In this document: piece after piece, positions 23,158 to 35,853 of the stretch
How positions within the stretch are numbered: position 1 is the first letter of the stretch
How the letters are laid out: the number at the start of each line of letters is the position of its first letter
Assembly (NCBI GenBank): GCA_051313645.2
Contig: JBNRSN020000001.1
Span: forward strand, 379,750,001-379,814,000
DNA length: 64,000 nt
Origin: Centroscyllium fabricii
Lineage: Eukaryota
Reading direction: 5' to 3'
The notes under the pieces: model-generated
What the model saw: only the letters and a program-made list of their open reading frames with translations
Database searches by the model: none
What the model was told of the DNA's origin: nothing
Program-made: the position numbers and the translations under genes

Positions 23158-24396
23158 CACTTTGCTGTTGATTGAGAGTAGACTGATGGGGCGGTAATTA
23201 GCCGGATTGGATTTGTCCTGCTTTTTGTGGACAGTGCATACCTGGGCAGTTTTCCACATTGTTGGATAGATGCCAATGTTATAGCGGTACTGGAACAGCT
23301 TGGTTAGAGGCGCGGCTATTCTGGAGCACAAGTCTTCAGCACGATCGCTGACATGTTGTTGGGACCCACAGCCTTTGCTGTATCCAGTATGCTTAGTTGT
23401 TTCTTGATATCACATGGAGTGAATTGAATTGGCTGAAAACTGGCTTCTGTGGTGGTGGGGACTTCAGGAGGAGGCCGATATGGATCATCCACTCAGAACC
23501 TCTGGCTGAAGATGGTTGCAAACACTTCAGCCTTGTCTTTTGCACTCACGTGCTGGGCTCTGCCATCATTGAGGATGGGGATATTCATGGAGCCTCCTCC
23601 TCACTTTAGTTGTTTAATGGTTCACCACCATTCACGAGCAGATATGGCAGGACTTCTGAGCTTTGATCTGATCTGTTGATTGTGGGATCACTTAGCTCTG
23701 TCTATAGCATGCTGCTTCTGCTTTTTAGCATGCATGTAGTCCTGTGTTGCAACTTCCCCAGGTTGGCACCTCATTTTTAGGTTTGCCTGGTGCTGCACCT
23801 TATTGGACTAGGGTTGGCCCCCTAGCTTGATGGTAATGGTAGAGTGAGTGATATGCCAGACCATGAAGTTACAAATTGTGGTGGAATACAATTCTGCTGC
23901 TGATGACCCACAGTGCCTCATGGATGCCCAATTTTGAACTGCTAGATCTGTTCTGAATCTATCCCAATTAGCACTGTGGTAGTGCCACACAACACAATGG
24001 AGGGTGTCCTCAGTGTGAAGACAGAACTTCGTCTCCACAATGACTGTACGGTGGTCACTGCTACCAATACTGTCATGGACAGATGCATCTGCGACCGGTA
24101 GATTGGTGAGGACGAGTTCAAGTAGGTTTTTCCCTCGTGTTGGTTCTCTCACCACCTGTCGAAGGCCCAGACTGACAGCTATGTCCTTCAGGACTCGGCC
24201 AGCTCAGTCAGTAGTGGTGCTACCAAGCCTCTCTTGGTGATGTACATTGTTCCATCACCCAGAGTACATTCTGTGCCCTTGCTACTCTCAGTGCTTCTTC
24301 CAAGTGGTGTTCAACATGAAGGAGTACTGATTCATCAGCTGAGGGAGGGCAGTAGGTGATAATCAGCAGGAGGTTTCCTTGCCCATGCTTGACCTG

Positions 24397-26299
24397 AAGT
24401 CAATCTTTACAGTAGAGGACACTAAAAATATCCCAACACTGGACAAACAGGGGGCTCTAGGGGGGGAGGAGCTAATTACGATTAATGTCACTAAGGAAGT
24501 GGTACTCAGTAAAGTAATGGGACTTAAGGCGGATAAATCGTCTGGACCTGATGGCTTACATCGTAGGGTCTTGAGGGAAGTGGCAGTAGGGATTGTGGAT
24601 GCATTGGTAATAATTTTTCAAAACTCTCTTGACTCGGCAAAGTTCATGGCAGATTGGAAAACTGCTGATGTAACGCCTTTATTTAAAAAGGGTAGTAGAC
24701 AGAAGGCTGGAAATTATAGACCAGTTAGCCTAACATCTGTGGTTGGCAAAATGTTAGAGTCCATTATTAAGGAAACAGTAACAGGGCATTTGGATAAACA
24801 TAATTTAATAGGACAAAGTCAGTATAGTTTTACAAAGGGGAAGTCATGTTTGGCAAATTTGCTAGAGTTCTTTGAGGACATAACATACAGGGTGGATGAA
24901 GGGGAACCAGTGGATGTAGTGTATTTAGACTTCCAAAAGGCATTTGACAAGGTGCCACACAAAATATTATTGCTCAAGATAAAAAATCACGGGATTGGGG
25001 GTAATATTTTGGCATGGGTGGAGGATTGGCTTTCTAACAGAAAGCAGAGAGTTGGGATAAATGGTTCATTCTCAGACTGGCAATCAGTGACTGGTGGTGT
25101 TCTGCAAGGGTCAGTGCTGGGACCCAAACTCTTTACAATCTCTATTAATGATTTGGAGGAAGGGACCAAGTACAACATATCAAAGTTTGCGGAGGACACA
25201 AAGGTGGGAGGGAGTGTGATGAGTGAGGAGGACATTAAAAACCTGCAAAAGGACATAGATAGGCTAAGTGAGTGGGCAGAGATTTGGCAGATGGAATATA
25301 ATACTGGAAAGTGTGAAGTTATGCACTTTGGCAGGAAAAATAATAGAGCGAGTTATTATCTAAATGGAAAGAAACTGGAAAGTACTTCAGTGCAAAGGGA
25401 TCTGGGGGTCCTGGTGCAGGAAACACAAAATGTTAGTATGCAGGTGCAGCAGGTGGTCAGGAAGGCCAACGGCATGTTGGCTTTTATTACTAAGGGGATG
25501 GAGTATAAAAGCAGGGAGGTCTTGCTGCAGTTGTACAGGGTATTGGTGAGACCACACCTGGAGTCCTGCGTGCAGTCCTGGTGTCCATATTTAAGAAAGG
25601 ACATACTTGCTCTCGAGGCAGTGCAAAGAAGGTTCACTAGGTTAATTCCAGGGATGAGGGGGCTGACATATGACGAGAGGTTGAGTAGATTGGGCCTCTA
25701 CTCATTGGAGTTCAAAGAATGAGAGACGATCTTATTGAAACATATAAGATTGTGAGAGGGCTTGATCGGGTGGATGCGGTGAGGATGTTCCCAATGGTGG
25801 GTGAAACTAGAACTAGGGGGCATAATCTTAAAATAATGGATTGCCATTTCAAAACTGAGATGAGGAAAAACTTCTTCACTCAGAGGGTGGTGGGGCTGTG
25901 GAATTTGCTGCCCCAGAGAGCTGTGGAAGCTACTACATTGAATAAATTTAAAACAGAGATAGACAGTTACCTGGTAGTGAAGGGAATTAGGGGTTATGGT
26001 GAGCGGGCAGGTAAGTGGACATGAGGCTAGGTTCAGATTGGCCATGTGATATCCTGGACCAGTTTTTGATCGCCTAGATGGGTCGGAGAGGAATTTCCCA
26101 GATTTTTTCTCCCAAATTGGCCACTGGGTTTTTTATCTGGTTTTTTGCCTCTCCTGGGTGATCACATGGGTTCAGGCGGGATGGAGAGTAAAGGTAAAAT
26201 TGAGGTTAAGATCAGATCAGCCATGATCTTGTTGAATGGCGGAGTGGGCTCGAGGGGCCGAATGGCATACTCCTGCTCTTATTTCTTATGTTCTTATGT
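24397..26299 (+). mobile_element. 5'-truncated CR1 LINE nested in the older LINE
   Basis: ORF 24379-25722 (NYRPVSLTS, YLDFQKAFD, QGSVLGP, FAED), continued by frameshift to 26024; 3' tail ...CTCCTGCTCTTATTTCTTATGTTCTTATGT. Confidence 0.93.
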
Positions 26300-26864
26300 C
26301 CGGAGTCATTGTTGAGTACTCCCAGGGCCACTCCTTCATGACTGTAAAACACTGCACCGCCCCCCCTGGTGGGTCTGTCCTGCCGGTGGGACAGGACATA
26401 CCCAGGGATGATGATGGAGGAGTTTGGGACATTGGCTGAAAGGTATGATTCTATCAGGCTGTTGCTTGACAGCTCCCCCAATTCTGGCACAAGTCCCCAG
26501 ATGTTGGTGAGGAGGACTTTGCTGGGTCAACTGGGCTGGGTGTGCCATAGCCGGTGCTGAGGCTGATGCTGGGTGGTCTGTCTGGTTTTATTCTCAGTGT
26601 TTTTTGTAGCGTTTTTTTTACAACTGAGTGGCTGGCTGGGCCATTTCAGAAGGCAGTTATGAGTCAACCACTCTGCTGTGGGTCTGGAGTCACATATAGG
26701 CCAGACCAGGTAAGGACGGCAGATTTCCTTCCCTAAAGGACATTCATGAACCAGATGGGTTTTTAATGACAATCCGATAGTTTCATGGTCACCATTACTG
26801 TTACTATCTTTTTATTCCAGATTTATTTAATTAACTGTATTTAAATTCCCCAGCTGCCGTGATG

Positions 26865-26939
26865 GGATTTGAACTCGCATCCCCAGATCATTAGTCCAGG
26901 CCTCTGGATTAGTTGTCCAGTAACATAACCACTATGCTA
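26865..26939 (-). promoter_or_regulatory. tRNA-derived Pol III-type A and B boxes at the LINE 5' end
   Basis: Minus-strand A box TAGCATAGTGG (26939-26929) and B box GAGTTCAAATCC (26876-26865). Confidence 0.7.
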
Positions 26940-27188
26940 CCTACTCTGTAATATCAGTCTTAAGACAGTAAATAGTGAAAGGTTATTTCCAGTGGTTGCT
27001 GCGTTGGTAAAATGGGCATAGCTTTAGGGATTATCACGGGAAAAACAAAGGGAGAAATTGGAAGATTTTTTTTCACACTGAAGTTATTAGAGCATGGAAT
27101 GCTTTATCACAAGTAATTATTGAAGCAGAGACCATAACATCATTTAAAATTAAACTAGATACGTATTTGAAAATAATTTAGATATGAA

Positions 27189-27648
27189 GGCCTAGAAATC
27201 AAACTGGGCACTGGGATCATTCCCTCCACCAGAACACGTAGGCCTGAGGCATTTAAATGAGACTGGCGTGCTGTGGACGTGTTCCAGACATCCCCAGGCT
27301 GCTCGCCGACAAATTGACATTGGATTTCTAGCTGCTGCATCACCGGCAGTGGCATTAGATCGGTCCTGGGGCTGGGGGGCTGGAGGGTAGGCGATCAGGA
27401 TGGCGGTAAGAATTTTCTTAACAAACGTAACCTTTGTAGTGGAGGCCTCCAATGGTCCCTTTAAAGATCGGTGGTTAGATACATTATCCCGAGCATCTGT
27501 TTCAGGCGCGGGCCCTGGACGCCTCTTTTTTTGCTTTACCAATATGCCAGGTGCTGCTCTTCCGGTGCAGAATGCCCGCCATATTGGATGCTTTGGTGCC
27601 CATATTACACCTGTAAAATGAGCACGCCATTGACCTATTTCTAGGCCC
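27189..27648. mobile_element. Decayed MITE
   Basis: Perfect 11-bp TIR GGCCTAGAAAT at 27189-27199 and ATTTCTAGGCC at 27637-27647. Confidence 0.65.
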
Positions 27649-29207
27649 AGTTGTTTTAAAATGCTCTTTTAAGTTAAAGCTTGCCTTAAAGGAATTGAAT
27701 TCACAGGACAGAAGGATTAACAGGTGTGCATTAAATTTCAGCTATTAAATCTGAAACATCATCCCGGAGACAGCGAAAGATAATTTGACACACAGTGACT
27801 GTGCAGACTCAGTGCTGCTGTAACAAACTATTCATTTGAACTCAGCACACAGTCATTGTCAAGTTAGGCTGGCAGATACCAGTCTTGGTGGGGGGAGGGG
27901 GTACAGACAGAGTGTACAGTGCATGTTAGGACTTAATTCTGGTAGGACTGGGTTCCAGCAGGTTATTAAATGTGGTTTCCATGCAGCAATTGATTACCAC
28001 TTCTAAGTGACAAATTTAAATGTGGGCCTTACAGTTCTTTGTGATCCATCTGCTCGGCCGGCTCTGGTGTACTGTGGCCCTGGCAGAGACATTCCTTCCT
28101 CCCTCTCACTGGGATGGGTGTCCCAGTTGTGCCAAAAGAGTGCAAATGTCTGCCCAGAATATGTACATTTGATGAAACTGGGAGCTCAGATGGAGTCAGT
28201 ATTAGGGATTGCTGGCAGGCAGAGGTGCCATCTCACTGTATTTCCTACTGTAGTGGCCTACCACAACCTTTGGAATTATGAACTTACTTTCACTGAGTTC
28301 AAGCTTGTTGGAGGCCAATTAATGCCTTTTTATTGCGTTACTGATTCTACTGGTGCTGTTCCCACTGATTTCTACTTAAATACTCCAACTGTTGCTTGCT
28401 CTTACTTTGCACTACAGTAAAAAAGCTAATGCTGCACAATTTACAATCAGCATCTTTGCCAATGTTTCTATTTAGTGCATGGATGCAGAAGCTAGAGGGT
28501 TGAAGGAGAGTGCAAATATGGAGTTGCAGGAAAAATGGGCAACGATTTGGAAGGTGAAAACGCATTCTCAAGGACTTTGGAGAGGAAAGGGTGGTTGGAA
28601 TGGGACGTTAGTTTGCAAGGACAGAGGGGTCAAGATTAAGAATGTGAAAGATTCTAAATCTGACAGCTGCTCTGACTTTTTCATACAATTCCAGTGCTAT
28701 AATAAACAATCTCACCTTGAGATAATGCCAGGTTTCTCCTCCACTGTCACCAAACATAGTCAAGGACTAAAGAAATATATTGCAAGAGGTGCTAGTTTGA
28801 ATGTCAGGGCACATCCCTGTGACTGGACATAAAGCTGACACTGCTATCACTGAGCTGCTCAGCTGCATTATTTGAATCTTTTTTGATATATTTGATATGC
28901 GGTGATTGTAGTGAAGCTATGGACAACGTTCTTGATATGATACGCAGAATAGGAGACCAGGTGGACAGGAAACGAATTGACCATTAGATGTATTATGATG
29001 TGATATGCTGTAGGGCGATGGTTTCTGACTCAGTTACAATCCATTTGAACAATGGCGTGAAATGAGATGATGTCAATTAATATAGTTGCCAAAGCTGTTG
29101 CCCTAAAGACAAAAGGATGTGGCTTGAAACCTTGCCATAGGACCAGCATCAACTAATATGAACACTCTGTAGTAGCTGGCCGGAGACTCTGCTCTGACAG
29201 AGTTATT

Positions 29208-30016
29208 GGCCAAAATTTTCATGTCCCTGTGAGGTGGGGTTTTCAGCGGCTCGGACGGCAAAATAGCGGAACCGGTGGGTTGCGAACCACCCCCCCCACC
29301 ACCGGATCCCCGCCGCTTTTGCATTTTCTGCCACCCTGACTCCCCGCCCTGAATCTTTCCCGCTGGCGGCCGGTGGGAATGGTTGTTCAGCTCATTAAGG
29401 GCCCTTAATTGGCATGTGTAATGCCATTTTAAGGGCCCTTAGTAATTTTCACCCCCTTCCCACCCTAACCCTGCCATCCTAAAACCCTGCTGGTGAAAAC
29501 CCAGTGGGAGCACAGTGGTCTTCCTAACTTTCTCCTTCAAGCTGTTGAAGAACCTAGAGCAAAATGCTTCCCTGGCCTTCAACACCCTGGAGGACTAAGT
29601 CACTAGCTTGGGTGAAGACCAGCTGTGGGCAAAAACTTAGAAATCATACCTTCCCAGCTCCACTGATAGCCGGTGGCTAGCTGTCAAAGATTTGGAACCC
29701 GCCCGCCCCCCTGTCATTCACCAGCACTTGGCCTTTCCCATTGGTTCCACTCCACTGTGATGTCACAGTGGAGTGTTTCCATGGGAACTGTAAACACACA
29801 GTTCCCGCAGCTGTCTGAAAACCTCCTGCAATGCTGTTTGAGCCCCGGAATTGGCGACTCGACTGCTGCAATTAGCAGGGGCACCCCGCACGCGGAGCTT
29901 TAATTGATCAATTAAACGAAAATTGCGTCAGCTTCCCAGTTCCTTGGGCGGGCAGGACAGGAACCCGCCCCGACCAATCCCTGCCAGGTTCCCACACCTC
30001 CAGGAAAATCCCCCCT
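29208..30016. mobile_element. GC-rich non-autonomous TIR-like element, decayed
   Basis: Ends resemble GG..ATTTTC and GAAAAT..CC as in neighbouring MITEs, with a GC-rich subterminal sequence; the TIR match is weak. Confidence 0.45.
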
Positions 30017-30371
30017 ATGTGCTTCCGATAACATGTGACTGAATTGCACAGGTCAATGTTGCTCCAAGATAGTTTCTCAGCACCTTGCTTCCCAAAGGTC
30101 TCGAGCTATATGTAATATGTTGTTTCAATACACCACCCTGGCAAAGCTATGCATCAAAGTAGCACCTCCAGTGTTTCAAGTAAATAAATCAATCTCTCAA
30201 TGTGAAGCTTGGCCTCATAACTAAGAATGCAAAGCTTATAGGTAACATTAGTTGCCCTATTTTAAATGCATTATTATGATAATATCAAACTGTTTAACCT
30301 CCACTGTAGATTTATTGTAATCAAAGCTTGTTTGCCTATTGAAGATAACTTGAGATTAAATTTTTAAAATA

Positions 30372-30978
30372 CAGGTTGAGCACCATTAATTCAGCACGGG
30401 CGGGACTAGGCCTGCGCCGGTATACCGAAAAAAACAGGAGAATGAAGCCAGCCAGTGTGCATGTGCACCATTCAAAATGGTCGCGCGCATGCGCACAACA
30501 TTGGAACTGGCCGCCAGAAGTTTTGATCACCTGCAGTGTAGCTGCAGCAGCCCAGAACCCACCATGCAAAGATCCCTCGGTTCGGCTCGGCTCACCAGGC
30601 AGACAGGATAGGACTCACCCCCCATCCCACCCCGGCACATGCTCCATAAATCGAGCCCCATGCAGCAGGCCCAGCACAGCACTAACAAGTTAGTAGATCC
30701 CGGTCCCGGGCAGTGCTGAGGGAGTGAGGCCGGAGCGAGTGGCAGATCCTGACCGTTCGGCGGCGCACGAATGAGGAGGCAAAGGTTGGTCCAGCCTCCG
30801 GCGGCCGTTTTGAATGATTTGCGCATGCGCTCGCCATTCGGCGGCGCATGCGCAGATCATTCAGCGAAGCATCAATCGCGGCAGCCATTTTGCGTATGCG
30901 CAGGACAGTCGGGGCAATTTATACCGGACGACCGAAGTTGGCGGCTTTTCGGTTACCGGATTAACGGTGCTCAACCTG
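30372..30978. mobile_element. Tc1/mariner-superfamily (pogo/Tigger-like) MITE
   Basis: TIR CAGGTTGAGCACCATTAATTC vs (rc) CAGGTTGAGCACCGTTAATCC; TA duplication at 30370-30371 and 30979-30980. Confidence 0.9.
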
Positions 30979-31424
30979 TATTATCTTCAATTAAAGTTAA
31001 AGGATGCAGAGGTTATGATCCCCTCTGTCACCACCACCACCTAAAAACATGTTTTAAATCACCTGCCAATGCTGGCCTCCTGATTGAGTCCAAAATTTGT
31101 ACAATATTTCCAAAGATGGGTATTGAAAAAATATATTTTGGTGCTTGGACATTGCTCCCACTCCTGCCCCTCTCCCCATCCTCTCCTCACATTCACTCCT
31201 TTTTTGAGCAGTATTCAATGCTGGGGGTGAAGCCAAATGTCCCCATTTTATGATTTGGCAACAAAGTTCAGACATGGCACAAAGATAGTTTCCAATTACA
31301 TTTTTTAAAATTAATTACTGGGCAACTATTATTTTAGACAAATGCTTGTGAACAAGCCACTGAAGGCCCTTATCCTGACCTTTCAAATGAGGAGAACATC
31401 ACAAAAATAATCATTTGTAACTGA

Positions 31425-31620
31425 ACAAAAAGCAAGCTACTGCTGTTGCTGGAAATCTGAAACAGAAACAGAAAATGTTGGAAACTCTCAGCAACTCAGG
31501 TCACATCTGTGGAGAGAACAAAAATCAATGTTTCAGGGATGGAATCCTTTTTCAGAACTGCGTTCTCTTGACAGATGTTGCCTGTGTATTTCCAACATTT
31601 TCTACTTTTGTTTTAGTCAT
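31425..31620. mobile_element. Old inverted Penelope-type terminal repeat remnant
   Basis: Degenerate copy of the 14249/16338 repeat in both orientations. Confidence 0.55.
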
Positions 31621-32139
31621 TTCTAATTGTTTTGTACATTTGTCACAATTAATTTTCAATACCAGTGCAGTCAAACTTCAAATTCCACTTTTTATGTTTT
31701 AAATTCAAGGTCGGGATTTCCACTAATTAAAGGCTTTGTGATTTCAGCCTTCCCATCTGTCACCGAGTATTACTGTACACCTTTTATCACAGTATTAGGA
31801 TGTTACAGCATGCACAAGAGAACTTTCAAGCAGAGGCATTTGGTCAATGTGAATGTGGGACCAACATCCATTGACTGGAGAACGACTGTGTCAGGGACTG
31901 CTGATCTTTAATAGATTGATCTTTAGCAATAAATTCTGCGATAATTCTAATAATAGTCGTACATATACTGTAGATAGTAGTGAGTGAATGTAGATGTGTA
32001 GAACTAAATTGATGAGGTACAGAATGGAGTCCTGAATTAGATACAGAATTAAACTTAGCTGGGAGTGTGTTTCCAGGTAAAGGAATGGTTAGAGGTTATC
32101 ATAAATCACATGCTTCAGCAAGCAAATGTACCAAATAAG

Positions 32140-32490
32140 TTGGTACTGATTCATGGGGACCTGATCTATGCTGAGCTTGTTGATCTTAGCCGAGAAGGTG
32201 GTAGGGACAGTATAATTGGCCTCAGTAACCGTGGGATACGGAGGGGAAAAATAAGCCATGGCTCCTGCTCCTGATAACTATCCAATGACCTCTGCTAGGA
32301 ATGTGTGTGTCGAGTGAGGACCGAATTGGGCTCAGCTGTGACCCATTGTTGAAAAGCCTGCCTTCTAGCCCTCACTGCCTAGGTTCACACATAAAAAAAT
32401 GATCACTTCAGTGTGGTGCCAAGGGCGTGCTGACACTTATGGAACTCTCCACAGTTTAAACCATCGTTTGCAGGAGATGAGGGGGAGCAA
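32140..32490 (+). mobile_element. Ancient SINE-like interspersed repeat, family uncertain
   Basis: Resembles, from memory only, ancient vertebrate SINE bodies (CTCCTGCTCCTGAT...TATCCAATGACC...GTGAGGAC...GGGCTCAGCTGTGA). Confidence 0.35.
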
Positions 32491-32663
32491 AATAGAAAAC
32501 AAAACTGCAAGAACAAACTTTTGGAAGTTTAATCAATGTCACCTAAACCCTGAGACATGTTATTGCTGAAAAACATTCCTATGCTTGTTGTTTTATAGAA
32601 CTTATATTTAGAAGTGCAGTAATTTTCTCAATGCATATACCCTGTACCTCTACTGTAATCTTT

Positions 32664-33872
32664 CATAGAATCATAGAATCATAGAAATTTTACAGTGCGG
32701 ATAAGGGCCATTCGGCCCATCCAGTCCGCACCGGCCCAGAAAAACTCCTCACTGTACTAACCCCAGTTGCCCGCACCTGGCCCATAACCCTGTATGTTAT
32801 GGTCCTTCATGTGCTGGTCCAAGTATTTTTTAAATGTTGTGATGGTTCCTGCCTCCACCACCCTCACAGGCAGGGAGTTCCAGTCTTCCACCACCCTCTG
32901 GGTAAAGAAATTTCTCCTTACCTCCCCCCTAAACCTCCCCCCCCTGATCTTGAATCTATGTCCCCTAGTGCTTGACTCTCCCACCAGGGGAAACAATGCA
33001 CCTTTGTCTACCCTATCGTGTCCCCTCATGATCTTGTACACCTCAATCATGTCACCCCTCCACCTTCTCTTCTCCAAGGCAAACAACCCCAGCCTGTCCA
33101 GCCTTTCCTCGTAGCACAGGTCCCCCAGACCAGGTATCATCCTGGTAAACCTTCTCTGCACCCTCTCCAGGGCAGCCACATCCTTCCTGTAGTGCGGTGA
33201 CCAGAACTGCACACAGTACTCCAGCTGAGGTCTCACCAGTGTGTTATACAAGTTTAACATTACCTCCCTACTTTTGTATACTATGCCCTGGTTAATAAAG
33301 GCGAGAATTCCGTATGCCTTCTTAACTACCTTGTTAACGTGTCCAGCAACCTTCAGGGAGCTGTGCACCTGTACCCCCAGGTCCCTCTGTTCCTCGGTCC
33401 TATTTAACGTTTTGTTGTTCATGGTATATTCCCTTACCCCATTTGGTCTACCGAATTGAATGACCTCGCATTTCTCTGGGTTGAACTCCATTTGCCATTT
33501 TTCTGCCCAATTAACCATTATATCTATATCCTCCTGAAGCCCCTTACTATCCTCATCGTTGTTTACCACCCTTCCGATTTTCGTATCATCAGCGAATTTG
33601 CTGATCGTACCCCCTACTCCCATATCCAAATCGTTGATGTATACTAGAAACAGTAAGGGTCCCAAAACCGATCCTTGGGGGATGCCACTGGTTACTGGTT
33701 TCCAGTCACAGAAGCAGCCCTCTACCATTACCCTTTGTCTCCTATCCCCCAGCCAATTTTCGATCCACTGTGCCAAGTTACCCTGTATCCCGTGCGCTCT
33801 AACCTTTGTTATTAGTCTCCTATGTGGGACTTTATCAAAAGCTTTGCTAAAGTCCATATACACTACGTCCAC
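32664..33872 (-). mobile_element. 5'-truncated young CR1 LINE with uninterrupted RT ORF
   Basis: 371-aa ORF 32757-33872 with YMDFSKAFD, PQGSVLGP and KFADD; (CATAGAAT)n tail at ~32664-32687. Confidence 0.95.
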
Positions 33873-34099
33873 AGTACTCCCTTTGTACTGCCTTGCAATG
33901 GTATGGATTTTGATTTCACTGCAAGCTATTCAAAAAATGTATGCACATTCTAAAATAAATTCTGGATTTTATGTGCCATGTGCCTGAGCTGTCTTAATCC
34001 TAATCGTTAGGTTGCTTAAGTAAACAATGTTATTTAGCTCTAATTAGACAATTATGCTCAAAATGATCATAGGAACAGTTGATGATAAATAGAAATGTT

Positions 34100-35853
34100 G
34101 GAGGGAATTTTAACCTAAAAAAAAATGGATGGGTTTCGAGTGTGGGGTAAATTGTTAAAAATTGGATTACCAACCAGAACCCACCTCCATCCTGCCCACT
34201 TCCGGTTTTAACGGAGGCAGGTTGGAAAGCAGGATGGGAGTAGGCAGCCAACCCACTCCCCTGAGGTGGGACATCAATTTAAATATTATAATGAGACTGG
34301 AAGCCTCTTTTTTAATCTCCATTTGGTTTTTAACTACATATGGACAGGCTTTACACCCTTCGTAAAAACCGAGAGTTACAGCAAGGCGGGGACGGCTGCA
34401 TCCAAGAGGGTAAGTGCCTTGACACCTACCTCCTGGATCCAGGGTCCCTGCCTAGCCCAACGCCCCACCCACCCCCATGGTCAGAGATCCCCGCCCTCCA
34501 ACGAAGCCTCCGATCACCCGCCAGCCCTCCGATCACCACCCCCCCAGGCCTTCCTCCACCCCACCAATGATGCTGATGCCAGTCACAATCTTCTCTTCTT
34601 CCCCTCCTCCCCACCCCCCACCACCACTGATCATCCGGTGGCTGGCCCTGATCCTCTGGTGGCTGGCCTTGATCCTCCGGTGGCTGGCCCTGATCCTCCG
34701 GTGGCTGGCCCTGATCCTCCGGTGGCTGGCCCTGATCATCCGGTGGCTGGCCCTGATCATCCGGTGGCTGGCCCTGATCCTCCAGTAGCTGGCCACAATC
34801 CTCCGGTGGCTGGCCCTGATCATCCAGAGGCTGGCCCTGATCCTCCAGTAGCTGGCCACGATCCTCCAGTGGCTGGCCCTGATCATCCAGTGGCTGGCCC
34901 TGATCCTCCGGTGGCTGGCCCTGATCCTCCAGTGGCTGGCCCTGATGCTCCGGTGGCTGGCCACGATCCTCTGGTAGCTGGCCCTGATCCTCCGGTAGCC
35001 GGCCACGATCCTCCGGTGGCTGGCCCTGATCATCCGGTGGCTGGCCCTGATCCTCCGGTGGCTGGCCCTGATCCTCCGGTGGCTGGCCCTGATCATCCAG
35101 AGGCTGGCCCTGATCATCCAGAGGCTGGCCCTGATCATCCAGAGGCTGGCCCTGATCCTCCGGTGGCTGGCCCTGATCCTCGGGTGGCTGGCCACGATCC
35201 TCTGGTGGCTGGCCCTGATCCTCTGGTGGCTGGCCCTGATCCTCCAGTGGCTGGCCCTGATCCTCCGGTGGCTGGCCCTGATCCTCCAGTGGCTGGCCCT
35301 GATCCTCCGGTGGCTGGCCCTGATCCTCCGGTGGCTGGCCCTGATCCTCTGGTGGCTGGCCACGATCCTCTGGTGGCTGGCCCTGATCCTCCGGTGGCTG
35401 GCCCTGATCCTCCGGTGGCTGGCCACGATCGTCTGGTGGCTGGCCTGATCCTCCGGTGGCTGGCCCTGATCCTCCGGTGGCTGGCCACGATCTTCCCTTC
35501 ACCACCTCCCACCCGCCCCCGATCATCTGGCCTTGTCTTCTTTCACTTTGCCCCCCCCCACCCCGATCCTCTGCCCAACTCCCCCAGCACCCCCACCCGA
35601 TCCTTTAGCGACCCGGCCCCCACACGTACCTTCCCTCCCTCCTCTGTATGGCCTAGTGCTGCAGGCCTACCTGCCCGCAGCCGGCCAACCACTCAATCTG
35701 TTGGATGCAGGCGTGAAACTGAGGCCTTGCATGCAAATCAGGCCCTGCTGTTAAAGTTGGCAGGACCTGCGGGAAACACGGCCTCCTGGGTTTCCCGACC
35801 GCCTCGGAGCTCGCCCGTACCCCAAACCTGCCTTACTCCTTAAAATCCAGCCC
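34100..35853. mobile_element. Non-autonomous TIR element carrying an expanded minisatellite
   Basis: Imperfect TIRs GGAGGGAATTTTAA and (rc) GGGCTGGATTTTAA; GC-rich interior. Confidence 0.55.
34628..35492. repeat. 21-bp minisatellite (GATCCTCCGGTGGCTGGCCCT)n, about 41 copies
   Basis: Directly visible tandem array; it explains the PDPPVAG and EDQGQPP periodic ORFs. Confidence 0.97.

Larger units (their letters stand above)
21282..26943 (-). mobile_element. Near full-length, decayed single-ORF LINE (APE endonuclease plus RT) with a tRNA-like 5' head; interrupted three times
   Basis: Endonuclease motifs TNIWGL, ESYL, DRPTRGGG, PTRG and SDH; RT motifs NYRPISLLS, QFGFR, LDIKAAFD, PQGSVLGP and MFADD; 3' tail identical in type to 9352. 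Confidence 0.88.

Noticed and set aside
34628-35492. CRISPR-like array
   Set aside because: Units are head-to-tail with no unique spacers, there are no cas genes, and the context is vertebrate.
34266-35843. 525-aa proline-rich ORF and overlapping 366-aa and 297-aa antisense ORFs
   Set aside because: These come from a 21-bp (multiple of 3) stop-free minisatellite inside a TIR element; there is no domain or splice support.
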